From NCBI GenBank assembly GCA_965267575.1, contig OZ254086.1:2912001-2976000 (forward strand): a stretch of DNA of 64,000 bases, read 5' to 3'. The notes under the pieces were generated by a model that did not search any database, was not told the origin of the DNA, and saw only the letters and a program-made list of their open reading frames with translations. Source of the DNA: Calditrichales bacterium. Lineage in GTDB: Bacteria > Calditrichota > Calditrichia > Calditrichales > J004. The first letter of the stretch is position 1, and the number at the start of each line of letters is the position of its first letter. The translations under genes and the position numbers were made by a program. Positions 32,401 to 41,176 of the stretch are shown in pieces.

Positions 32401-33556
32401 TCTGCGTCGATTGTGGTCGCAGATATTTAACCTGAAGAACGAAGAAGGTACGGTTTATGTGGATGGCACCATCGATCTTGAACAGCTGCTGAGGCCCCGG
32501 ATCGATCTTGATCTGCGCATGAAAGAGTTCTATGTCGATTACTTTATTGAGAATACCACGCTGCTGCTGACCAGTAACAATCTGCGCATTTACGGACGTG
32601 ACACGATTATGGTGCAGGGGCGCATCACGGTTCCGGAGGGCGATTATGAGGTGATCCTGGATGAGATGAGCAAAAATGTGTACCTGACCGAAACGAATGT
32701 CGGTGAGGCAAAGCCGCCTTTTATCGCTGCCGACCTGCGTATTGATATACCGGGGAACTTTGTCGTGGCCAGTTCCGCCCTGGATCTGCAGAATAATTTC
32801 AAGCTGACCCTCTCCGGAGACCTGAACGTGGTGATGCCGCCGGGCGCAGAAAGCTCGCAGATAACCGGTGTGATGCAGACGGAATCGGGCAAGTTTACCA
32901 CCTTCAACCAAAGTTTCAGCATCGTAAACGGTACGATTGATTTTAACGATCCAAATGAGATCAATCCCGACCTGAATATTCTTGCCGAAAAGCGCCAGCG
33001 CGACAAGATATTCAAGCTGACCATCAGCGGTAATCTGGATAACATCCGTCAGAATATCGCCATTGTCGATCAAAATACGGGTCAGGAATTGACACTCTCC
33101 GAGCAGGACAAGATCGCGTTGCTTACGCTGGGGACGGATATTTCCGGTTTGGGCAGCAATGCTGATTCGGCCCTTATCGGGATCGGTGAAGACGTGGCCT
33201 CCAACACGCTGCTTACGGCCGTGGAGCGCGGCGCCGAAAACCTGACCGGCCTTGACCGCATCGAGATAAGCTCGACGGACAGGTTGCTGAATCTGCAAAA
33301 GCTGAAGCTGAACAACGGCCTGAGCCAGGCATCGATCTCTTTTGGAAAATACCTCACCAGCGATCTATACGTGGAATACCGCACGCGCTTCGGCAGCGGC
33401 GTGCCCACACCCAAGCTAAGCTGGGACGCCGGCAACCGCATCGCGCTGGAATACCGCATCAACCGCTTCTGGAGCCTGGAAAGCTACTACGAGAAGACCG
33501 TGCCGCTGGGCAACGACAAAGTGCAACTGGGGGTATCCTGGCAATATGATTTCTAA
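29489..33556 (+). CDS. TamB/AsmA-like protein, copy 2
   Basis: N-terminal TM anchor, beta-rich body, C-terminal SFGKYLTSDLYVEY...LEYRINR. Confidence 0.82.
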   Translation: MSKPDKQSKNTWKWVLFLFLGLLFAASLIVFSGYNMLKNSRWVEERVQDWLRDNLHPQAELRYTPIRGTLFGDIIFDRLHFDYPGVLKVNARNLELNFSLRSVWRGEPHIKKVSADSLGLFFYAAKDSAPPGKEQPFDLHEFLGEMDNPLHLDSALAGLPVITLDELEIEAAALSVEQSELQLENVVLRASGWTRPGAASFDLKKGALNWPQRGLQVAGLSFKAKADSNGALLQDLLLESNVASLAGSVELVDGAGPRFKLDFGNIRVSGKELGRLTQSKTRARGGVQGALKASGRFTDFELALRADGSWAGYNWGRAAVEGAYRNGRIQLKKLDVNGPLGKVRGNGLFTSSRQAKGELYFDNINLNNIDTALAVSHFNGNVNFDLSLLELSRPAGTAGIVLLNSHYDQYRVDSLRFALNGDRDNLKIVAPSFVKFDRQARFDLRGDLSGGKRLNVQVITERGDLNSLLTAVGVDSIYGRYHADVRLFGNLKNPNLNGRLWISDFSYDEVQLDSMALDVLVTRLLEGRKGSANFIINEGMAYGIPVRDSRIQAAIEKDTIRVSKAAIYSNENFIETALTVKLLSDEIEISLQKLRLEYEQYWLKSDSTFYVHITDSAVDVPAFDLHGPQNALLRASGRYDKIRGDARAEAGMRNVRLEPFKQFMGERHIASGELSGYAFVDSILTEPVGQFNLDGKELVYNGVELGQFRADVDYARRKIFIRDLFIKHDSSLVEVTGDLNLNLEKKRGAQLLDIISDTRTDLQIRWDNVKLGHYASLLPLRYAMKGEVSGYIEVEGTVNDPFMRQSLRASRFSYDKFNVDSLVMFGQYSGGYLILDSLSAVFNKTSFSAKGWQQLNLTLSEPDTVLLDNPFELALHSKDNQISFIGLFNEQVEYIRGDHEMDLQLGGTLEKPSISRGQIKMNNGSILLSRVRDPIKRVTIDATIEDNLLTFNNVRGRSERKKDWLEKGFDFLRRLWSQIFNLKNEEGTVYVDGTIDLEQLLRPRIDLDLRMKEFYVDYFIENTTLLLTSNNLRIYGRDTIMVQGRITVPEGDYEVILDEMSKNVYLTETNVGEAKPPFIAADLRIDIPGNFVVASSALDLQNNFKLTLSGDLNVVMPPGAESSQITGVMQTESGKFTTFNQSFSIVNGTIDFNDPNEINPDLNILAEKRQRDKIFKLTISGNLDNIRQNIAIVDQNTGQELTLSEQDKIALLTLGTDISGLGSNADSALIGIGEDVASNTLLTAVERGAENLTGLDRIEISSTDRLLNLQKLKLNNGLSQASISFGKYLTSDLYVEYRTRFGSGVPTPKLSWDAGNRIALEYRINRFWSLESYYEKTVPLGNDKVQLGVSWQYDF

Positions 33557-35417
33557 AACCCGCCTGCTGCCCCTGCTGCTTTTCCTGTTTTGTGTCCCCC
33601 TGTTTGCCCAATTGGAGATTAACTCTGTCCGTTTTGAGCATCAGACCACTTTTTCCAAGGCCGATTTTGAGGAGGTCATACACTCAGAGGAGGGTGAGGA
33701 TTTTGAACCGCGGCTTCTAAAAACCGATCGTATTTTGCTGGTAAACTTCCTGCGCAAAAAGGGCTATCTCGATGCGCAGGTGAGCGACAGCGTCTCCTAC
33801 CAGGAGCGGCGCACCAAGGCGAACATCTTTTTTCTAATTGATGCCGGCATACGCTATTTTTACGGCGGCCTGCGTTTAAAGGGCGTGCAGGAAGTGGACT
33901 CTTCGAAGATCTACAGCGCCTTCGAAAACCTGCGTGTGGGCCGGCCGCTGGACGAAGCGCTGGTGCTTGAGGCGCGCAATAGAGTTGAAAATATCTATTA
34001 CAATTCCGGCAAGCCTTTCGTGAACATCCGCACGGAATATATTTTTGCCGACAGTCTGGCGATTGTCGAGCTGAATATCACCGAAAACATGACGGTTTAC
34101 ATAAAGGATGTGGAATATCGCGGCATGGATCTTGTGCAAAAATTTCTGATCCGCCGTGAGCTGGAAATAAAACCCGGTGATATGTACAACCGCCAGGCCA
34201 TTGAATATTCACAGCAAAATCTTTACGGTACGGGCCTGTTCCGCTTTGTGCGTATGGAGATTGAACCTATCTCCGGCGAGCCCGGCCAGGTGGTGCTGCG
34301 TGTTTACGTGCAGGAAAAAGAAGCACGCTGGATCGGCGTGTCATTCGGCCTGGCCCATGAACGTAACTACAGCAGCGGCGCGGAGGTGACGCTGCAGGGT
34401 GGTCATCGTAATATTTTTGGTACGGCGCGCAGTGCCAGCCTGCATCTGACCCCATCGTTCCTGTATGAATTTGATGAAAACAAGGTGGTCAATAACGAAA
34501 ACAAGATTGAGTTCAAGTTCGTCGAGCCATGGATCGGCAATACGCGCACACCGGGCATTTTCCAGGTCTCTTACCACCAGTACCGGCCTCCCAAATCCGG
34601 CGACTACAACCTGGTGCGCGGCTCCTTCGAGGTACTGCACCGTTTCCGTGAACAGGATATTGAGCTGAATGCCTCTATCTCAGCAAAATACCTGGAACGC
34701 GTGGATGACCAGGATATCGACCTGGGCAACCTCAGCGATTTTGATGCCGGCCAGTCGCGCATTTATTCCATTTCCACCTATGGCAAGCGCGACACGCGTC
34801 CCAATCTGTTCAATCCGTTCAATGGTTCGCTTACCGATTTTGGCGTAACCTTTTCTCTGAGTAGCGGCGAAAATACGGAACAGCAAACACAAACCAACCA
34901 GTTTTTTACGATCGTATCCTCGTGGTCGCGTTACCAGCCCTGGCGCCCGACCATTTTGGGCGAAAGGCTAAACTGGATATTGGCATCGCGGATTAAAGGC
35001 GGCGCAATTCTTGAAACGGGCGGTTCCAAAACAGTGCCTATCAGCGAACGCTTTTACGCCGGGGGCGCCACTACGGTACGTGGTTTCCGCGAGCAGCTCC
35101 TGGGTCCCGCTGCCCGTTTAAACGATCAGGGCGAAATTGAATCGGCATCCGGCGGCAAATTTATCACCCTGGCCAATATTGAAGCACGCGTCCCGCTATT
35201 CTGGCTGTTCTGGGCTGAAGTGTTTGTGGATGCCGGACAGGTATGGGCGGAAGTGGCCGATGTTGATCCGGCAGATATCCGCGCCACCGCAGGTGCCGGT
35301 CTGGCAATCATCACACCCATTGGGCCCGTGCGTATAGACTACGGCCACAAGCTGCAAAAACGTCCCACCGATCCTGCACCTGACGCCTGGCATCTTGGAG
35401 TCTATTTTGCGTTTTGA
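33546..35417 (+). CDS. Omp85 family outer-membrane protein (TamA/BamA-like), copy 2
   Basis: Signal peptide, POTRA repeats, RFYAGGATTVRGF, TPIGPVRIDYG, terminal YFAF. Confidence 0.9.
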   Translation: MISKTRLLPLLLFLFCVPLFAQLEINSVRFEHQTTFSKADFEEVIHSEEGEDFEPRLLKTDRILLVNFLRKKGYLDAQVSDSVSYQERRTKANIFFLIDAGIRYFYGGLRLKGVQEVDSSKIYSAFENLRVGRPLDEALVLEARNRVENIYYNSGKPFVNIRTEYIFADSLAIVELNITENMTVYIKDVEYRGMDLVQKFLIRRELEIKPGDMYNRQAIEYSQQNLYGTGLFRFVRMEIEPISGEPGQVVLRVYVQEKEARWIGVSFGLAHERNYSSGAEVTLQGGHRNIFGTARSASLHLTPSFLYEFDENKVVNNENKIEFKFVEPWIGNTRTPGIFQVSYHQYRPPKSGDYNLVRGSFEVLHRFREQDIELNASISAKYLERVDDQDIDLGNLSDFDAGQSRIYSISTYGKRDTRPNLFNPFNGSLTDFGVTFSLSSGENTEQQTQTNQFFTIVSSWSRYQPWRPTILGERLNWILASRIKGGAILETGGSKTVPISERFYAGGATTVRGFREQLLGPAARLNDQGEIESASGGKFITLANIEARVPLFWLFWAEVFVDAGQVWAEVADVDPADIRATAGAGLAIITPIGPVRIDYGHKLQKRPTDPAPDAWHLGVYFAF

Positions 35418-35543
35418 GTGTGCTAGTGTGTTAAAGTGTTATTGTATTAGTGTTCTTTATCTTTTTCGTAATCTTAATCATTTTCAAAGTGTCTTGAAGT
35501 CGGGAAGTCTTGGTGTCCTGAGGTCTTCCGGGTGATCGTGATC
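35418..35543 (-). repeat. Modular short-tandem-repeat element (reverse orientation)
   Basis: Reverse-complement TAACAC octamers, then hexamers, then gtcttgaa gtcgggaa gtcttggt gtcctgag gtcttccg and gatcgtgatc. Confidence 0.75.
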
Positions 35544-35647
35544 TTTTAATTTTTCCTCACCATTTAATACCTCACTTTTTTTCGTGCTAACTTATTTTCT
35601 TATTCTTATATTGTGAAAAACCATAACAATTATTGAAAGGCATTCAG

Positions 35648-38596
35648 ATGCGCGCCTTGATCATTCTATTATTTCCGTTCTTGCTTTTGGGCCAATCCAA
35701 CTTACGTAAAGATAAAATAGTGACGGGTAATAAGGTTACCGTTCAGCTTTGGAATTATGGCTCCTATTCTTCGCCGGGTAACAGAACCACAGACTTCAGG
35801 TGGGAAGGATTGGGGTATACTTATGAGGTTGGTTTTTTGGTTGGCGCAAAAGTGGAAGTGCCTGAAGACAGCCACGCCGATGTTTTCGAGGAAGACGGTA
35901 ACTGGTACGCCCACATTATTTCCGACGGACTGATTTCCGTTGACGGTGAGGTGTCTCCCGACTTTACAGAAAGATGGGGATGGAAGCCGTTTCGTGAAAC
36001 GGACGGCCGTGTCTACTTCGAAGAAAGTGAAGCAAACCTGCCCGGAAGCGCTGATTGGGATCATAACCTTGATGGTATCCCGGATAGTTGGCCGGTGGCA
36101 TGGAATGGAATCTGGCCCGGTAAATGGATCGAAGGTGAAGCTCTTGGAGATTCCGAAGTACTGTATGGCATGAACGATCGCAACAATCATGAATTTGAGT
36201 ACTTCCCGTTTCCACAAGACTCGTCTATTGGCGGTCTTGGTCTAGAAGTAGAGGTACGCACGGTTCAGCTGCAGGATTTTTATGATGATATCGTTTTTGC
36301 CGTATTTGAAATTAAAAATAATAGTGAAAAGGACCTGCGAGATGTAGTGGTTGGTTTATGGGGTGATCCGCATATCGGCGGAGCTGACGATTGGAGAGAC
36401 GATTTAATCGGATATAGTAAAGAAAACGATCTCGTATACGCCTGGGATGCCGACGGTGTGGGCGAGGGCGGCCTTACCCCCGGTTATTTCGGCTTTTCTT
36501 TTCTGCAAAGCCCCGGCAATTCAAATGACGGTATCGACAACGATGGAGACGGTCTGATTGATGAAAGCCCCTGGAACAATATAGATGATGATAATGATTG
36601 GTCCGCGGAATCAGATGATCTTGGGACCGATGGTCTTCCGGGCACAGGCGACGAGGGAGAAAACGACGGCCTGCCTACCCGTGGCGAGCCCAATTTTGAA
36701 TGGACGGATATAGATGAAACGGATATGTTGGGTCTGACAAGTTTCATGGCGCCCTTTTTTGGCCAGATGCAAATTAGCGACGACGAAAAAGTTTATTCCG
36801 AAATTTATTATCCCGGAAACTTTGCCGGGCAAACTGAACCGGGAGATTATGTTATGACTGCTGGCAGCGGGCATTTTGACCTGCCGGCACAAGCTTCCGT
36901 TCAGATTGGTGTGGCATTTGTTTTTGGAGAAGATATCCAGGATCTGTTTACAAACAACGAGCGGGCGGCGCGCCTTTACCGCTCATATATTGGCGGGCTG
37001 AAGCACAATCTTTCATATTCCGTAGTTAAGCCGGACAGCGGAGAGGTATCTGCCGATAACCTTACTGTAGATATCGATGATAGCAATTTGCCACAAGATG
37101 CCAATGTTGAATTCGCTCTATCTAAAGCAAACTCCCCAAAGTGGCTGGCTGTTGGTACGGACAAACAGTCTGCACAACCGCAATACCAAATTGATGTTTC
37201 CGATCTTCCCAGTTCCGCGTTTTACACGTTACGTTCCCGGGTAATGAGTCCAACGGGATTTGGATCACATAACTCTTCAGGTTTTTTTACAATCGACAAC
37301 TCCGGCGATGAAAACGTGCCTGCTGAAGTGTTGCCCCTTTTTAATAAAAATATAACCTTGTCAGGAACCTATCGCTTTAGCTGGCTTAGCGCAGATGTAG
37401 ACGGCGATGATTTTCAGACCTCTCTTATCATCACGTCTTCCCTGGTGAGTGACACGCTATATCCTTTGGGCAATTTTTTTGATGTGAATACTCGCAATTA
37501 TCCCAATGCGGACTATAAGCTGAGTTTTGTATCGGATGACGGAAAAGAAGTCGCGACCTACGACATCTCTTTCAATATATCCAACAACTATGACACGCTA
37601 GAACCTTCATTATTGCATCATCCTCACGGCTATTCAAACAGCGCCGTTTATATTAATATTGTCGATCAATCGCAATTATCGGGTCACCTTTACAAAATCG
37701 TTTTTGATACGTTGAGCCCCGCCAGCGAATGCTACTCCGTATTCGATTCAACGGCAGGGGAGTGGCTAATAGAGAATGAACCTTTTTATACGCACCCGCA
37801 TACGGGCTCACTGTTTGATGGTATCCGGTTATCTTTTGAAAACGAGGGTTTTAGCCTTAATGAAGAAGCCAGCGGTTGGAGCGAGAGTTCCGTATCAGCT
37901 TTGCAGTACAATTTTACAGAACGGGATTCGGCAAAATTTTATCCTGCCGATTATGAATTTCGCTTCATGGAGGCCTATTCGGACACATCCGTAAATGGCA
38001 TTGCAATGAACTTCCGAACCTGGAATGTTACGCTTCAAAAAGAATCGTATGTGCACATCTCGGAAAAACCGGCTACGCGAAACGGGAGATGGGATCCGGA
38101 TGAAGATATTTTTGTCTTTGAAAATATTCAGGATCCCGATAATGCACCTGCAGCCAAAGCAGTTTGGCAAGTACATATTGGCTCGAGCGATTCTGATCAG
38201 AATCCCAACGCCGGGGACCTTTTAAGGCTTGTTACCCATAAGCCCTTAAGACAGGATGATGTATATATCTTTGATACGGCACCGCTAAGCATAGACGATG
38301 AAAGCAACCAGCCTCTTGGATTTGAGCTGTTTCAAAATTTCCCTAATCCTTTCAATGGTGAGACGATTATTCGTTTTTCATTATCCGCAGCTTCAAAAGT
38401 CGAATTGGAGATATTCAATATCTTAGGACAGAAAGTTTATGCTATAGGTACCGGGAATTTGAGTGCAGGAACACACGCGATTACCTGGCCAGGAAGGACC
38501 AACGGGGGTGCTGATCTGGCTTCAGGCATCTACTTTTACAGGCTAAAGACATCAACCGAACTCAGCAATCCGCGCAAAATGATGCTTATCAAGTAA
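35648..38596 (+). CDS. Large acidic secreted protein with Dx[DN]xDG Ca-binding motifs and C-terminal sorting domain
   Basis: Signal peptide MRALIILLFPFLLLG; DGIDNDGDGLIDE; LFQNFPNPFNGETII...ASGIYFYRL..RKMMLIK. Confidence 0.8.
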   Translation: MRALIILLFPFLLLGQSNLRKDKIVTGNKVTVQLWNYGSYSSPGNRTTDFRWEGLGYTYEVGFLVGAKVEVPEDSHADVFEEDGNWYAHIISDGLISVDGEVSPDFTERWGWKPFRETDGRVYFEESEANLPGSADWDHNLDGIPDSWPVAWNGIWPGKWIEGEALGDSEVLYGMNDRNNHEFEYFPFPQDSSIGGLGLEVEVRTVQLQDFYDDIVFAVFEIKNNSEKDLRDVVVGLWGDPHIGGADDWRDDLIGYSKENDLVYAWDADGVGEGGLTPGYFGFSFLQSPGNSNDGIDNDGDGLIDESPWNNIDDDNDWSAESDDLGTDGLPGTGDEGENDGLPTRGEPNFEWTDIDETDMLGLTSFMAPFFGQMQISDDEKVYSEIYYPGNFAGQTEPGDYVMTAGSGHFDLPAQASVQIGVAFVFGEDIQDLFTNNERAARLYRSYIGGLKHNLSYSVVKPDSGEVSADNLTVDIDDSNLPQDANVEFALSKANSPKWLAVGTDKQSAQPQYQIDVSDLPSSAFYTLRSRVMSPTGFGSHNSSGFFTIDNSGDENVPAEVLPLFNKNITLSGTYRFSWLSADVDGDDFQTSLIITSSLVSDTLYPLGNFFDVNTRNYPNADYKLSFVSDDGKEVATYDISFNISNNYDTLEPSLLHHPHGYSNSAVYINIVDQSQLSGHLYKIVFDTLSPASECYSVFDSTAGEWLIENEPFYTHPHTGSLFDGIRLSFENEGFSLNEEASGWSESSVSALQYNFTERDSAKFYPADYEFRFMEAYSDTSVNGIAMNFRTWNVTLQKESYVHISEKPATRNGRWDPDEDIFVFENIQDPDNAPAAKAVWQVHIGSSDSDQNPNAGDLLRLVTHKPLRQDDVYIFDTAPLSIDDESNQPLGFELFQNFPNPFNGETIIRFSLSAASKVELEIFNILGQKVYAIGTGNLSAGTHAITWPGRTNGGADLASGIYFYRLKTSTELSNPRKMMLIK

Positions 38597-38603
38597 AAAA
38601 TAT

Positions 38604-38630
38604 GCCCGCTTCCGGCGGGCTTTTTCTTTT
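38604..38630 (+). terminator. Rho-independent terminator
   Basis: GCCCGC-ttccg-GCGGGC followed by TTTTTCTTTT. Confidence 0.8.
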
Positions 38631-38639
38631 TATGGCAAT

Positions 38640-38705
38640 GACTTCAAAAGAACCCAATTCCAGCAGACTCCTGAACTCCGCGACCACACGACTTCAAGAC
38701 TCAAA
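38640..38705 (+). repeat. GACYYCNA octamer array (right-arm type)
   Basis: gacttcaa ... gactcctg aactccgc gaccacac gacttcaa gactcaaa. Confidence 0.6.
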
Positions 38706-38711
38706 AAAAAC

Positions 38712-38737
38712 TGAAACCTGCCTTCGAAAGGGACGTT
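38712..38737 (+). promoter_or_regulatory. Candidate ECF-sigma promoter for the moxR/bat operon
   Basis: TGAAAC-ctgccttcgaaaggga(16)-CGTT. Confidence 0.45.
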
Positions 38738-38841
38738 AAATCGCCCGTATTTTGCATAACGATCAATTATTGATTTAAAAAGTGCGTCAATTTAAATTAC
38801 CCAATTGTCTTGAAAACATATAACCAACGACATCTTATTTT

Positions 38842-39264
38842 ATGGAGGCTGAAATGAAACGCTTCGGATTTGCTATCCTGACGTTTAGTCTATCGGTATG
38901 GCTGCTTTTTTCCTGCTCCGGACCGTCTGAAGAGGAAATTTATAACCAGGCGAAAGATCTTTACGCCACGCAAAACTTTGAAGACGCTATTGCGCAATTC
39001 AAACAATTGGACCAAAAACATCCGGACGGGCAGTACCACGCCCAATCGCTTTTTATGATCGGTTTTATCAGCGCCAACGATCTGCAGGATACAACACAGG
39101 CGCGTGAATATTACAACCGTTTTATCCAAAGTTACCCCGAGCACGAGCTGGCCGATGACGCCGGCTACGAGCTTCAGAACCTGGGCAAAGATATCAATGA
39201 GCTGCCCATTTTTGATCAAATCACGGCGGACAGCGCTGCCGCAGTCGAACCCCAAACCAATTAA
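38842..39264 (+). CDS. TPR lipoprotein (BamD/CpoB-like)
   Basis: Lipobox LLFSC; TPR helices (YNQAKDLY..FEDAIAQF, QSLFMIGFI..AREYYNRFIQSYP). Start may be 38854. Confidence 0.75.
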   Translation: MEAEMKRFGFAILTFSLSVWLLFSCSGPSEEEIYNQAKDLYATQNFEDAIAQFKQLDQKHPDGQYHAQSLFMIGFISANDLQDTTQAREYYNRFIQSYPEHELADDAGYELQNLGKDINELPIFDQITADSAAAVEPQTN

Positions 39265-40170
39265 TTGATAGCAATGTCTGATTACCGGTTCTGCCTTTTT
39301 GCGGGAATCGTTTGGATTGCTTTATCCGCGCTACCGCTTTTGGCGGAAGAGCCTGCGGTACGCGCCTGGAGTGAAACGGACAGTGTCGCCCTGAACGGGG
39401 AGCTGGTTTTCCGTGTGGATATGACCTGGCAAGGGAGCATGAGCCGCTTCCAGGTTGTGCGCTACAAAGAGCCTGACCTGGACGGCCTGAGCCTCGTGCG
39501 CAGCGGTTCCACAAACAAGCTTTCCACCAATCCGGACGGGAGCAGCCGCTCCCTGCGCCGCCTTTCATACTTTCTGAAACCGGAGCGCCGCGGCAACGTA
39601 AGCATTGGACCTTTGACGGTTTATTTCCGTAATGAGCAAAACCGGCTGGACAGTTTGCGCACTCAGCCCGTATCCGCCTACGTCGGTGAGGCGGTAGCGC
39701 GCGGGCCGGAAGGTTTTATGCCCGGTTCCATGATTGTCTGGTTCATCGTTGGCGCCTTTGGGCTTACGTTCGTTTATTTCGTTTTGCGTTACCTGCAGCG
39801 CAGGGGGCAAAATGATGAAACAAAGGAACCGTTGACCCTGGAGCAAAAATATTCCGAATTGCTGCACGAAACGGTGCATATCGGGACCATGAAGAGTGGC
39901 GAGGCGATCACGCAAATGGTCAAATTGCTGAACAGCTATATCGCAGAAAAATTTTCGATACCCGGCGTGCTGGATGAGGCCATCGTGCAGGACAGGCTGC
40001 AGGCCATGGGCGTAGCCGCCACGCTTCGTCAGCGCGTTGCCGAAATGTACGCCAAAGCGGAAAAAGCGCGCTTTGCCAATGAGGCAATCGCACAGACGGA
40101 ATTGCATTTGTATTATGACACGGTAGAACAGGTTTTGAATCCGCAACCAATGCCGTCGCAGCATGAATAA
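39265..40170 (+). CDS. Short BatD-family protein with TM helix
   Basis: Signal peptide, VALNGELVFRV...YFLKPERRGNVSIGPLTV Ig-like BatD repeat, TM helix, helical tail (KARFA). Confidence 0.65.
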   Translation: MIAMSDYRFCLFAGIVWIALSALPLLAEEPAVRAWSETDSVALNGELVFRVDMTWQGSMSRFQVVRYKEPDLDGLSLVRSGSTNKLSTNPDGSSRSLRRLSYFLKPERRGNVSIGPLTVYFRNEQNRLDSLRTQPVSAYVGEAVARGPEGFMPGSMIVWFIVGAFGLTFVYFVLRYLQRRGQNDETKEPLTLEQKYSELLHETVHIGTMKSGEAITQMVKLLNSYIAEKFSIPGVLDEAIVQDRLQAMGVAATLRQRVAEMYAKAEKARFANEAIAQTELHLYYDTVEQVLNPQPMPSQHE

Positions 40171-40183
40171 ATAAGGAGAAGCT

Positions 40184-41173
40184 ATGCATTCGGATATTCA
40201 GGCGTTGAATGAAAAGATCCGTAAAGAGAGTGTGTTTGTTGAAAAGATCGTGAATGAAATTTCCAAGGTGATCGTGGGGCAGACCTATATGGTGGAACGC
40301 CTGATGATCGGTTTGCTGTCCAACGGGCACATTTTGCTGGAGGGTGTGCCGGGGCTGGCTAAAACACTCACCGTGCGAACGCTTTCACAGACACTGCGTA
40401 CCCGTTTTCAGCGCATCCAGTTTACACCGGACCTGCTGCCGGCCGACCTGATCGGTACGCTGATCTACAACCAGAAAGACGGCACATTCAGCACAAAAAA
40501 AGGCCCCATCTTCAGCAACCTGATCCTGGCTGATGAGATCAACCGTTCGCCGGCCAAGGTGCAATCGGCCCTGCTGGAATCGATGCAAGAACGCCAGGTG
40601 ACCATCGGTGAAAACACGTTTAAGCTGGAAGACCCGTTCCTGGTGCTGGCCACGCAAAACCCGATCGAGCAGGAAGGAACCTACCCGCTGCCCGAAGCGC
40701 AGGTGGACCGATTTATGCTCAAACTGCAGATCGGCTATCCGGAAAAAGAGGAAGAGCTGGAGATCATCCGCCGCCAGACGCGCAGCGGGACAACCGATGT
40801 GCAGGCGGTGATTACGCCAGAAGAGATCATCCGCGCCCGCGAGGTGGTGAAAGAGGTTTACGTGGATGAAAAGATCGAAAAGTATATTGTGGATATCGTT
40901 TTTGCCACGCGCCAGCCGGAAGAGTATGGTTTGAAAGAATTAAAAGGCCTGATCACCTTTGGCGCCAGCCCGCGTGCTTCTATCAACCTGGCGCTGGCCG
41001 CCAAGGCCCACGCTTTTCTGCGGGGGCGCGGCTATGTGACGCCGGAAGATATCCGTGCCATAGGCCTGGATGTGATGCGTCACCGTGTGATCCTGAGCTA
41101 TGAAGCCGAGGCCGAGGAGATGACGACCGAAGATGTTGTACGCAAAGTCCTTAACCGCATCGAGGTGCCCTAA
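40184..41173 (+). CDS. moxR: MoxR family AAA+ ATPase
   Basis: LLEGVPGLAKT, RIQFTPDLLPAD, ADEINR, ATQNPIEQEGTYPLPEAQVDRF, GASPRAS. Confidence 0.96.
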   Translation: MHSDIQALNEKIRKESVFVEKIVNEISKVIVGQTYMVERLMIGLLSNGHILLEGVPGLAKTLTVRTLSQTLRTRFQRIQFTPDLLPADLIGTLIYNQKDGTFSTKKGPIFSNLILADEINRSPAKVQSALLESMQERQVTIGENTFKLEDPFLVLATQNPIEQEGTYPLPEAQVDRFMLKLQIGYPEKEEELEIIRRQTRSGTTDVQAVITPEEIIRAREVVKEVYVDEKIEKYIVDIVFATRQPEEYGLKELKGLITFGASPRASINLALAAKAHAFLRGRGYVTPEDIRAIGLDVMRHRVILSYEAEAEEMTTEDVVRKVLNRIEVP

Positions 41174-41176
41174 GCC

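Noticed and set aside
38711..38746. c-di-GMP-I riboswitch (AAACC…GAAA…GGGACG)
   Set aside because: Stem geometry and the second hairpin do not fit; better explained as an ECF promoter.
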